A stretch of DNA of 64,000 bases, from NCBI GenBank assembly GCA_937876125.1, contig CALEHF010000264.1, positions 267 through 64,266 of the forward strand, read 5' to 3'. The notes beneath the pieces were generated by a model, which did not search any database, had not been told where the DNA came from, and was given only the letters and a program-made list of their open reading frames with translations. Source of the DNA: an uncultured bacterium. GTDB lineage: Bacteria > Planctomycetota > UBA8108 > UBA1146. Of the stretch, positions 51,201-58,848 are shown piece by piece. The first letter of the stretch is position 1; each line of letters starts with the position of its first letter. The translations under genes were made by a program, and so were the position numbers.

Positions 51201-54200
51201 CTGCGCGAGGTCGTTTGCCGTGCCGATCGCCTCGAACATCCCATCGACGGTCAACACCGTGGAAGCGCCGAGCAGAAGCGCCGAACCCGGCTCGAGATCA
51301 AGTGTCCCGGTCACGCCCACGTTGTTGTCTACTTGCAGAGTATCCGCGTCATCGACTTCGAGTTCACCGGAGAGGATCGCGAGGTCGTTGGTCACCGTCA
51401 CGTTGCCACCGGTCAGGGCGACTTGCGCCCCGGTGTCGATCTCGAGATTGAAGTATGTCGCCACCAGGATCGTTCGCCCCGCGGTGGTGTCGTCGTAGAC
51501 GACGGTCCCGGTTCCCGCCGTAAACGTTCCGAACGAGGTGACCGCGCCCCCGAGTTCGAGCCGACCCGACCCAAAGGTTGTGGCACCACCGGTCATGTTG
51601 ATGGTCCCACTGACGTCGAGGGTGCCGCTGGTCATCGTCAGGGTTCCGGGAACGACTAGAGCTCCCGCGTTGGTTGCAGTTCGGGTCCCCTTGTCGATTT
51701 CCAAGTTTTGGTAGCTCAAGATGGGGACAGTCTGGTCGGAGATCTGATCGTCGAACTCCACGGTTCCAGTGCTCGGTGTGAACGTGCCGAGGGAGGTGAC
51801 CGCGTCCCCCAGCTGCAGGCGCCCGGCTCCACTGAAGGTAACGCTTCCCCCAGTCGCGTCGAAGGGCCCGTTGGCATCGACCGTGCCGGTGGAGATCGTG
51901 AGGGTGCCGTTCACGTCCGTCGCCCCGGTGACGGTGACGGTGTTGCTTCCGGCTGCGAAGGTTCCCGAAGTGACCGTGAGGTCTCCGGCGATGGTGAGGC
52001 TCCCGCTCGTGCTCACGGTCCGAGTGCCGCAATCGATCTCGAGATGGTCGTAGGAGACGTTCGCCACGGAGCGGTTCGCAGTCGAGTCGTCGTACTCGAC
52101 CGTCGACGCAATCGCCGTAAATGTACCGAGCGAGGTGACCGTGTTTCCGAGTTCGAGGCGGCCCGCACCAGTGAAGGTGACCGCGCCGCCGGTCGCATCA
52201 AAGGGACCATTCGCATCGAGGGCTCCCGTGGAGATCGTCAGTGTCCCGTTGATGTCGGTGGTTCCACCCACTGTGAAGGTCCGCGTTCCCAACGCGGCCG
52301 TACCAGCAGTCACCGTGAAGTCGTTGGTGATCGTTGCATCCACCGTCGAGCCCATGACACCCGAGGATTTGTTGATGACCAGATCGTACACGGTGAGGGT
52401 CGCGCCACCCTCGTGGTCGAGGTTCTGAGACTCTGTGCCGTTGAAGTTCAAGGTCCCCGCGGTCATCGAGAAGGTTCCCGAGGATGACACGATGAGATCA
52501 CGGTCGAAGTTCATCGTGTTCGAGGTGTCGATCGTGAGGGAGCCCCCTGTGTCGATGTAGATCGACCGAGCGTTTCCGGTGGTGTTCAAAATGGGGTCCC
52601 ACGTCACGCTCCCGACCAGGCAATCATCGGTGGCGGAAGGCACCGACGCGGGAGACCAGTTCAGCGCCACATCCCAGTCGGTCTCGACGCCCGAAGTCCC
52701 CCCGAGCCAAGTTCGCGTGAAGAGGGGCCAATCGATGGAACCGACGGTCCCCTCATTCTCATACACTTCGAGTCCGCCCAGGCCCGTTGGGATCACCATG
52801 TTGATGTTGATCGAAGTTCCGGCCGCCGTCTCGACGTTGTAGGTACACGTCGCGTCGAAGGAGAGTCCGACGAGCGAGTACTGGCTGCTTCCGGAATCGA
52901 GAATGCGCAAGAACGTGTCGTTGGATCCGTCGGCGTCGGGATCGACGTTCTGGAAGTTGACCCGGCGCAGGTTCGCGATGGTCGCGCCATCAGAGATCGT
53001 CAAGCCCGTCGATTCGGGGTTGAAGAACTCGAGCGAGAGGACGTTGATCGTACCCCCGCTCGACACGGTGAATGTGTAGTCGCCACTCCCATCGTTCGTC
53101 ACGGTGGGTATCGTGGTACCGGAGGCGGCAAATGTGCCCCCGCTGTTGATCGTGACGGAGGTCCCGAGCCGCAGGTCACCCCCGTCGGCGAGAAGTAGAG
53201 TCCCATCGACGGAGACCGCGCCGGTGGCGGTCACGTCCCCACCGGTTCCAATCGCGAGGGTCCCTGAGACGACGTTGGTGGTTCCGCCGACCGTGTAGGT
53301 TCCGGAGGCGGTCGCGGAGAAGCTACCGGTATCGATCTCCAAGTTGTTGTAGGTGACAATCTCAAGGGCTTGGTTTGTGGTCTGGCTGTCGTACTCAACT
53401 GTTCCACCGCCGGCGGTAAAGGTGCCCAGACTCGTCACCGTGGCTCCAATCCGGAGCCGCCCAGAGCCAGAGCAGATCACCGAGCCCCCGGTGACGTCGA
53501 GATCACCGTCAACGTCCAGGGTGCACCCCCCGTTGATCGTGGCTGAGTTGTCGATGTCGATGTCGCTAGAGACGGTGACGGTCGTGCTCGAGGTGATCTG
53601 TAGATCGTAGAAGTCGCTCACGCCAGGGGTGGTGACCAGGCTCGTTCCCCCGCCATCGAACGTGACCCGCTGGGTACCGCTCAGGAAGGTCCCGCTATCG
53701 ATCCAGTTTCCGGCGATGAAAGTGCCCCCATCGGGATCGGTGTCGTCCCACGTCCCATTGATCTGCACGTCACCTGCGATGTCGAGAGTGGCATTCACAC
53801 GCTCGAGTGTGCTGCCGGCTTGGATGGTCAAATTGCCGCTCAGAGTGGTGGTGAAGCTTCCGCCCGTTGTCGTGAGCTCTGCGGCCCCTCGCGAGATCAC
53901 CAGGTCGTTACAACTGACATTCCCATTGAAGATGACAGTGTTGCCGGACCCGTTCTCGTTGAGAACGATGTCTCCGGCGAAGGAAATGTCTCCAGAAATC
54001 TCATCGAAGCCGCCGCCGGCAAACGTGATGGAGCCGCTCGCAGTGGAGAGAAGAACGTTGCTCGCTTGCGGGGTAAAATGCCGATAGATCTTGAGGTCGA
54101 ATGTCGTCAGATCGAGGGTCCCGCCCGAGTTGATCGTCAACGATTTGCAGCGTGCGCCGTTGGCATTGAGGCTCGGATAGTTGGTGAGCCCGGAAGGGAT

Positions 54201-54386
54201 GGTGACGTCATCCCCCTGGTTGGGAATCCCGGAAGACCAGTTCGAAGCGATGAACCAGTCGGTGCCGACCGCACCACTCCAAGTGGTGTCGGCGCGGAGC
54301 GGCCCTCCAATCCATAGGAAGAGGGACATGAGGACCAGGATCAGTCGCCATCGACGGCGGCTTCCCCTGAATCGCGGTCTGTACAC
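48267..54386 (-). CDS. Giant (2039 aa) secreted beta-helical repeat protein with a C-terminal peptidase C25 (gingipain-like) cysteine-peptidase domain
   Basis: Signal peptide. About 1200 aa of Thr/Gly-rich beta-solenoid repeats, including roughly 5 near-identical about 105-aa units (…GGAVTFTGAGRLELGNTVTSLGTFTA…). C-terminal domain with catalytic-dyad motifs HYTGHGSRQQWAD and AMNCLNGFF. Confidence 0.8.
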   Translation of the reverse strand: MYRPRFRGSRRRWRLILVLMSLFLWIGGPLRADTTWSGAVGTDWFIASNWSSGIPNQGDDVTIPSGLTNYPSLNANGARCKSLTINSGGTLDLTTFDLKIYRHFTPQASNVLLSTASGSITFAGGGFDEISGDISFAGDIVLNENGSGNTVIFNGNVSCNDLVISRGAAELTTTGGSFTTTLSGNLTIQAGSTLERVNATLDIAGDVQINGTWDDTDPDGGTFIAGNWIDSGTFLSGTQRVTFDGGGTSLVTTPGVSDFYDLQITSSTTVTVSSDIDIDNSATINGGCTLDVDGDLDVTGGSVICSGSGRLRIGATVTSLGTFTAGGGTVEYDSQTTNQALEIVTYNNLEIDTGSFSATASGTYTVGGTTNVVSGTLAIGTGGDVTATGAVSVDGTLLLADGGDLRLGTSVTINSGGTFAASGTTIPTVTNDGSGDYTFTVSSGGTINVLSLEFFNPESTGLTISDGATIANLRRVNFQNVDPDADGSNDTFLRILDSGSSQYSLVGLSFDATCTYNVETAAGTSININMVIPTGLGGLEVYENEGTVGSIDWPLFTRTWLGGTSGVETDWDVALNWSPASVPSATDDCLVGSVTWDPILNTTGNARSIYIDTGGSLTIDTSNTMNFDRDLIVSSSGTFSMTAGTLNFNGTESQNLDHEGGATLTVYDLVINKSSGVMGSTVDATITNDFTVTAGTAALGTRTFTVGGTTDINGTLTISTGALDANGPFDATGGAVTFTGAGRLELGNTVTSLGTFTAIASTVEYDDSTANRSVANVSYDHLEIDCGTRTVSTSGSLTIAGDLTVTSGTFAAGSNTVTVTGATDVNGTLTISTGTVDANGPFDATGGSVTFSGAGRLQLGDAVTSLGTFTPSTGTVEFDDQISDQTVPILSYQNLEIDKGTRTATNAGALVVPGTLTMTSGTLDVSGTINMTGGATTFGSGRLELGGAVTSFGTFTAGTGTVVYDDTTAGRTILVATYFNLEIDTGAQVALTGGNVTVTNDLAILSGELEVDDADTLQVDNNVGVTGTLDLEPGSALLLGASTVLTVDGMFEAIGTANDLAQVTASDTATPGRYSFAVDAEGILNASSAYFAYMDAFGLQITDSASVTALTQFDDVYLAYGAPGGTLLTIMDNDNAVTLASVYFEDPNSNLANNVVTQAATAAITFDPYGGDFGGAANEDDNGGGTVTPGFIIWGASTPARLNTFAATAGALDVVLGWETSAEWCCLGFQLERAASGGSFTPIGPELIPARGVAPGGASYRLVDDLPGAHPGAQYRLIEIDQAGRRSQLGNTVAKHARGRAAGPNQMDGAAQKLSEMGFPRTSRRRVGTQLPVPTPTPTASSSSALTQASAPGSSAALRIRVEPDGMLRLRHSDLAAAGFPVGVDPTRFRLRRDDEACPIFIVGGADGSFDPGDAIDFLAVPFTHPETKLDVYVLDLVAPGLTPPRIPEIAGAPAFSTAVVGASPHRIEFSAEDIYVLSLADGAGRDHWFDEFLASPGSLELLVELAAVAPAATPTLVELWLEGWSEDRLAPLDHLTRVLWDGVEIGVATANGSGPYCGTFSVPAGLVSNGSHLITLEQELLDTPDVVFLDTLRVTYPRLYSAAADRLRARIAGGSTVRFEGFTSDAISVYQRSGTDEPRRIVGAAVSSISPAEWAVECTLPHGGVVEAFTDAAARGAVSLESRGTETTLRAALDADWIAICPDAFRSEILPLEALRRATGLRTAVVSLEEIYDRFDGGRPTSDAIERFIENALEWARPPGPAFLLLVGDATYDPAGHLGNSPRQILPTPLIEVGSIQTASDAHYGDLDGDGVPELAVGRFPVATVLECQTMVQKTIAHDSPGRVLPQPRVLLIGDDGDDFDGMSAVIPPLLPIGVNVHSLELDTMPISALRTELITIEWPSATVVHYTGHGSRQQWADEGILLLSDMPALSPDPTPPLVIAMNCLNGFFQHPGTPSLGEALVVEPAGGAVAFFGPTAVTTTLRQQVFAEALYSSLFLGSGIRIGDVICNAQEQLADDPENADVIRSWVLLGDPALLVQ

Positions 54387-54713
54387 GGTGGCGGTCTCTT
54401 CCTTGGGACCAGCGCCAGGGGACGGGCCTGGTGGTGGGTCCTCGAAGTCTTCATCGTGCGCAGAGCTTCGGAATCTTGAGCGAACCGAGCCGGGCCCGCG
54501 GGCCCCGTTGTAGCTCTTGACCAGAGAACGCCTTAGCGATGGACCGGAGGCGGTTGATCCTGGTCCAAAGGGGCCTATCCCGACGCCCGACGAGTCCGGC
54601 GCGGCGCCGGTTGATTCGCCTCGACAGTTCCACCGCTCCCGGCATCATTTGAGAAGCTGACGCTGGGCGCCACCGCGAGGGCGTCGTACTCCCCCACGTC
54701 TGGAGGTCATTCG

Positions 54714-55772
54714 ATGCTCCGTTTTCTCCCTTCGCTCCCCCGTTGTCTTGCCATGTTCGGGAGTGTGCTCGTCGCCATGAGCCTCACTTCCTGCGCCTCT
54801 TTCGATTCACAACCCCCCCGACCGAGGTGGGCGATCGCGATCCATGGAGGGGCGGGCGTTCCCGCGGACCTCGCGAATCCGGAAGATTACTCCTCTGCGA
54901 TCGAGCGAGCTCTCCAGCTCGGGCAGTCGATCCTCGCCGATGGAGGGACGAGCCTCGATGCTGTGACCGCCGCGTTGGTTCTTCTTGAAGATGACCCGCA
55001 CTTCAACGCGGGTCTTGGCGCGGTGCTCACCAGTGAGGGGGCCTGTGAGCTCGACGCATCGATCATGGATGGCGAGACGCTGAACTGTGGTGCGGTCGCT
55101 TCTGTGACGACGGTGAAGAACCCGATCCTGCTCGCCCGCGCTGTCATGACCGCATCGAAGCATGTGTTTCTCGCCGGCGGGGGCGCCGAGCAGTTCGCGC
55201 GCGAACAAGGCTTCTCACCGGTCGAGAACGACTACTTCAAGACGGAGCACCGACGGAAGAGCCTCGAGCGAGTGAAGGAAGAGGAGCAGCGTGCGAAGAG
55301 CGCTCAGTCTGCCGTCGACCTCTGCGAGCCGGTGTACCTCGGCACGGTCGGTGCGGTTGCGCTCGATCAAGACGGCCACCTCGCCGCCGCAACCTCGACC
55401 GGCGGTCTGACCAACAAGCGCTACGGACGCGTCGGGGATTCCCCGATCATCGGGGCGGGAACCTTCGCCGCCGACACGTCGTGCGCGGTTTCCTGCACTG
55501 GGCAGGGAGAACTCTACATCCGCCATGGGATCAGTCACGCGCTCTCGGCGCTGGTCGAACATGCGGGGCTCTCGCTCGAAGCGGCCGGGGCCCGTCTGAT
55601 CCACCAGGTGCTCCCAGAGGATTCGGGCGGCCTCATCGCGATCGATCGCCACGGCAACATCACGATGCCGTTCAACACCGTCGGCATGCACCGCGGGTGT
55701 GCGGATGCGAACGGGCGGTTTGAGGTGTTGATCTACAAGGAGCCGATCATCAACGCGACGGTCAGCCCGTGA
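54714..55772 (+). CDS. iaaA: Isoaspartyl peptidase / L-asparaginase (Ntn-hydrolase, plant-type asparaginase family), lipoprotein
   Basis: Lipobox LVAMSLTSC. Family motifs AIAIHGGAG and the nucleophile GTVGAVALD. Confidence 0.85.
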   Translation: MLRFLPSLPRCLAMFGSVLVAMSLTSCASFDSQPPRPRWAIAIHGGAGVPADLANPEDYSSAIERALQLGQSILADGGTSLDAVTAALVLLEDDPHFNAGLGAVLTSEGACELDASIMDGETLNCGAVASVTTVKNPILLARAVMTASKHVFLAGGGAEQFAREQGFSPVENDYFKTEHRRKSLERVKEEEQRAKSAQSAVDLCEPVYLGTVGAVALDQDGHLAAATSTGGLTNKRYGRVGDSPIIGAGTFAADTSCAVSCTGQGELYIRHGISHALSALVEHAGLSLEAAGARLIHQVLPEDSGGLIAIDRHGNITMPFNTVGMHRGCADANGRFEVLIYKEPIINATVSP

Positions 55773-56767
55773 ACGGGTGGCTCACAGCTGGCGCGCGGGC
55801 GATGGTGTTCGCGTTGTTGCTCGCTCTGGGTTGCGCGGGAGGACCCGAGGGATCTGCGCGCGCTTTGCCCCTTGCGAGTGAGACGGCGACGACCTCTCCC
55901 CCACCGAACCTTGGCCCCATCACCCCGCGGGCCGGCAGTGGTCCCCTGATGGTGGTCGGGGGTGGCAAGATCCCCGATGCGGTGCGGGCGCGCTTCATCG
56001 AACTCGCGGGAGGCCCCGAAGCACAGATCCTCATTTTCCCGCAGGCATCCGAGCGCGAAGATGCGGGGAGCGGGCACCTGAAAGCTTGGAAAGAGAGTGG
56101 CGCGAACAACGTCGCGATCGCAGAACTCATCGATCCGGTGAGGATCGCGCGAGACCTCGTCCGGGCGGACGCGATCTGGTTCGGTGGCGGAAGTCAGAAT
56201 CGTCTGATGGCTGCGCTCGAAGCTGCAGAGTGCGTCGAAGCGCTCAGGCGCCGTCACCAGCAAGGCTGTGTGTTCGGCGGAACCAGCGCGGGGGCGGCGG
56301 TGATGTCGCAAGCGATGCTCACCGGCGATGCTCACACAGATCGTCTCGAACCCGGCACAACCGTCATCGGCAAAGGGCTCGGGTTGTGGCCGGGGGTGAT
56401 CGTCGATCAGCACTTTCTCCGCCGCCGCCGCTTCCTCAGACTCTTCGCAGCGGTGCTGGATACGCCGGAGCTCGTCGGTGTCGGGATCGATGAGGGTACA
56501 GCGGTCCTGGTCGAGGATGGGTCGTGGGAGGTGATCGGCGGGAGTCCCGTGTTGGTGATCGACGCGCGGGGGGCGGAAGTGTGGGACGCAGAAGTGTCGG
56601 ACACAGAAGTGTCGGACGCGGAAGTGTCGGACGCAGAAGTGTCGGACGCAGAAGTGTCGGACGCAGAAGTGTCGGACGCAGGGGTGAATGAGGAGCGAGC
56701 TCCCTTCCGCGCGGAGGATGTGCGATTGCACGCACTGCCGCCGGGGGTGCGGTGGGTGGCGCGGTGA
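55769..56767 (+). CDS. Cyanophycinase-like peptidase S51 family lipoprotein with a C-terminal (AEVSD)7 repeat
   Basis: Lipobox LLALGCAG. S51 motif GGG..N and the catalytic-Ser box FGGTSAGAAVMS. Overlaps the iaaA stop by 4 nt. Confidence 0.75.
   Translation: MNGWLTAGARAMVFALLLALGCAGGPEGSARALPLASETATTSPPPNLGPITPRAGSGPLMVVGGGKIPDAVRARFIELAGGPEAQILIFPQASEREDAGSGHLKAWKESGANNVAIAELIDPVRIARDLVRADAIWFGGGSQNRLMAALEAAECVEALRRRHQQGCVFGGTSAGAAVMSQAMLTGDAHTDRLEPGTTVIGKGLGLWPGVIVDQHFLRRRRFLRLFAAVLDTPELVGVGIDEGTAVLVEDGSWEVIGGSPVLVIDARGAEVWDAEVSDTEVSDAEVSDAEVSDAEVSDAEVSDAGVNEERAPFRAEDVRLHALPPGVRWVAR
56576..56680. repeat. In-frame 15-bp tandem repeat x7 (gaagtgtcggacgca) encoding (AEVSD)n near the cyanophycinase-like C-terminus
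   Basis: Seven head-to-tail copies at 56576, 56591, ... 56666, the first two with single mismatches. Confidence 0.9.
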
Positions 56768-57320
56768 GGGGGTGAGCCATAGCGAAGGAGCCGAGCGGCG
56801 ATGTCCCCACCCCAAGCGACAAGAGAGGTACGGAACCTCAACACTCTTCTTTCCCCTCAAGAGCGTCACGAACCTGACGAGATGGTCGTTGGTGCGAGGT
56901 TCTCGGGCAAGCGCAACGGGCAAGGTTCGCGGGACCTAACAGCCCGTTCTCACAACTCTCGATCGCATCGATCCCCCCGAGTCCGCCGGGCGGACTCTGC
57001 CGCCAAGTCACAGGACACATCGTCAAAGGACACATCACCCGTCCGGCGCCAGGCGTACGCGGGTCCGCCAAGCGGAATCCGATCTCGGAAGGCGTGACGA
57101 TCGGCCGTGAAACGCGAGATCGGCGCGACTTCGGCTCCACAGCTCGGGTAGGTGGAGGGGCGGGTGCGAGAGGCATAGTTGTTCGTGCGCTGGATCCCTG
57201 GCACAATCCCCCGACTTGGGCTCCAGCGAGAGACGAACCGAGGAATCAGCCATGGGGGGGATCATGATCGCGACGACTTCATCTTCTGCGACTGAACTTT
57301 TCACGACGAAATCCGAGCCG

Positions 57321-58724
57321 ATGGGTCAGCGCCGAACATCCAACCGCCGACGGTCTCTGCTCCTCACCATGCTTGCTGCCACAGCACCGATGTTCTTCGG
57401 CACGACCGCTTTCGCGATGGACTACCTCAACGTTTCGGTGAAGTACATTCTCAGCGCAACCGGCCAGAGGTCGAGCGGAGCCTACTCCACCGACGCGAGC
57501 ATTGTTCAGGTGATGGCCGGGGCGAACCAAGTCTTGGCGAGCAACAACGCCAGCTTCCGCCTCTACCTCGATGAGATCGTCGATGTGGCCGGGCTCTCGA
57601 CCTACTTCGATCTGGATACGGCTGACCAAGATACGCTCGAAAACCTGGTCCGAAACAGTGGCATTTACGGCTGGCGTTCGGACTGCATCAACTTCTACGT
57701 CGTGAACACTCTGAGTTCAAGCGCAGGCGCACTGGGCGGTGCCTGCTCTTTCCCGATGAGTCATGAGATCATCACGATCAACAATCAGGGAATTCTGAAC
57801 GGGCCGGTCGGCTGGTTGCACGAGATCGGCCACTATCTCAGCCTCACCCACACCTTCGAATCCTGCCATCTCCCCGGGTCCCCCGATTCCGATCCGGATG
57901 TTTGTACCGAAGCGGGTGCGACGCACACTGGATTTTGCGGCGACGTCCAAGTGCGCGCGGACGTGTGCGATGACCAAATCAACGTGATGAGCTATCACTC
58001 GTTCAACTTTGCTTCGGGCGATCTCACTTCTTGCCAGCTCAGCCACATGCAGAACGAGTACATGACCCTGAGCAGGACCGCGGTCGTGTCGGTGGACGAT
58101 GGTTTTGAGCCGAACGATACGTGTGCCGCTGGCGTCATCATCGGCGCCGGAGTGTATGCGAATTTGGTCTCCACGACCGACAAGCTGGACTGGTACCGGG
58201 TCTCGGTCCCCAGCGGCGCGACCCTTTCGGTCGTCGTCGACAGCAACCCCCTGTTCGGTTCAGCGGTCGCTGCCGCTTTCTCGAGTTGCCCGCTGACCGT
58301 GCCGCCGCTTTCGACTCCCGGAGTCTGGTCACAAAGCCTCAGCCAGACGGCAGGGGGAGGAGCTCAAGAGTTTCAAGTCGCGGTTTCCCCGACCAGCGAT
58401 TCTGATGGCCGGAGCGAGTACACCATGACGCTCTCGATTGCGGGAGCCACTTGCGACATGCCCTTCGTTCGAGGTGACCTCAACGGCGACAATTCGATTC
58501 AAGTGATCGATGCGATCATCGGGCTCGAGTTTCTGTTCCTGGCTGGCGCCCTCGAGTGTCGCGACGCCGCTGATTTCAACGACGATGGCCAGGTTCAGAT
58601 CCTCGACATCATCTCGGAGCTCACCTATCTCTTCCTCGGCGGGGCGGCACCCGCTCCCCCCGGTCTCGTTTGCGGACCTGACCCGTCGGCGGATTCCATC
58701 GACTGCTGTGTTGGTTGTCCATAG
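57321..58724 (+). CDS. Secreted M43 (cytophagalysin/pappalysin-like) zinc metalloprotease with a PPC domain and the dockerin-like 4-Cys C-terminal module (CTD member 4)
   Basis: Signal peptide. HEIGHYLSLTHTF matches the M43 HEIGHxLGLxHTF zinc site. A PPC-like FEPNDTCAAG...DWYRVSVPSGATLSV follows. C-terminus FVRGDLNGDNSIQVIDAIIGLEFLF...FNDDGQVQILDIISELTYLF...PAPPGLVCGPDPSADSIDCCVGCP. Confidence 0.75.
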   Translation: MGQRRTSNRRRSLLLTMLAATAPMFFGTTAFAMDYLNVSVKYILSATGQRSSGAYSTDASIVQVMAGANQVLASNNASFRLYLDEIVDVAGLSTYFDLDTADQDTLENLVRNSGIYGWRSDCINFYVVNTLSSSAGALGGACSFPMSHEIITINNQGILNGPVGWLHEIGHYLSLTHTFESCHLPGSPDSDPDVCTEAGATHTGFCGDVQVRADVCDDQINVMSYHSFNFASGDLTSCQLSHMQNEYMTLSRTAVVSVDDGFEPNDTCAAGVIIGAGVYANLVSTTDKLDWYRVSVPSGATLSVVVDSNPLFGSAVAAAFSSCPLTVPPLSTPGVWSQSLSQTAGGGAQEFQVAVSPTSDSDGRSEYTMTLSIAGATCDMPFVRGDLNGDNSIQVIDAIIGLEFLFLAGALECRDAADFNDDGQVQILDIISELTYLFLGGAAPAPPGLVCGPDPSADSIDCCVGCP

Positions 58725-58848
58725 CTTGAGTCGAGAGCTTGTTCAACCGGCGGGTCGGTCACCGGCCCCATCCCCAATAGGGGACGGTTCACGGTGCTCC
58801 TGAAGCCAAGAGGAAGGCAGGGCCCGACTTGAAGAGTGCGCTCTACGC

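Noticed and set aside
54387-54713. Divergent intergenic region between the C25 giant and iaaA; palindrome ggaccggaggcggttgatcctggtcc considered as an operator
   Set aside because: A single 5-bp-stem palindrome in a 70% GC background is not distinguishable from chance without a second copy or comparative data.
57150-57220. TGGCAC motif (ctggcacaatcccccgac) upstream of the M43 gene, checked as a sigma-54 promoter
   Set aside because: The -12 element (TTGCW) is not present at the required spacing.
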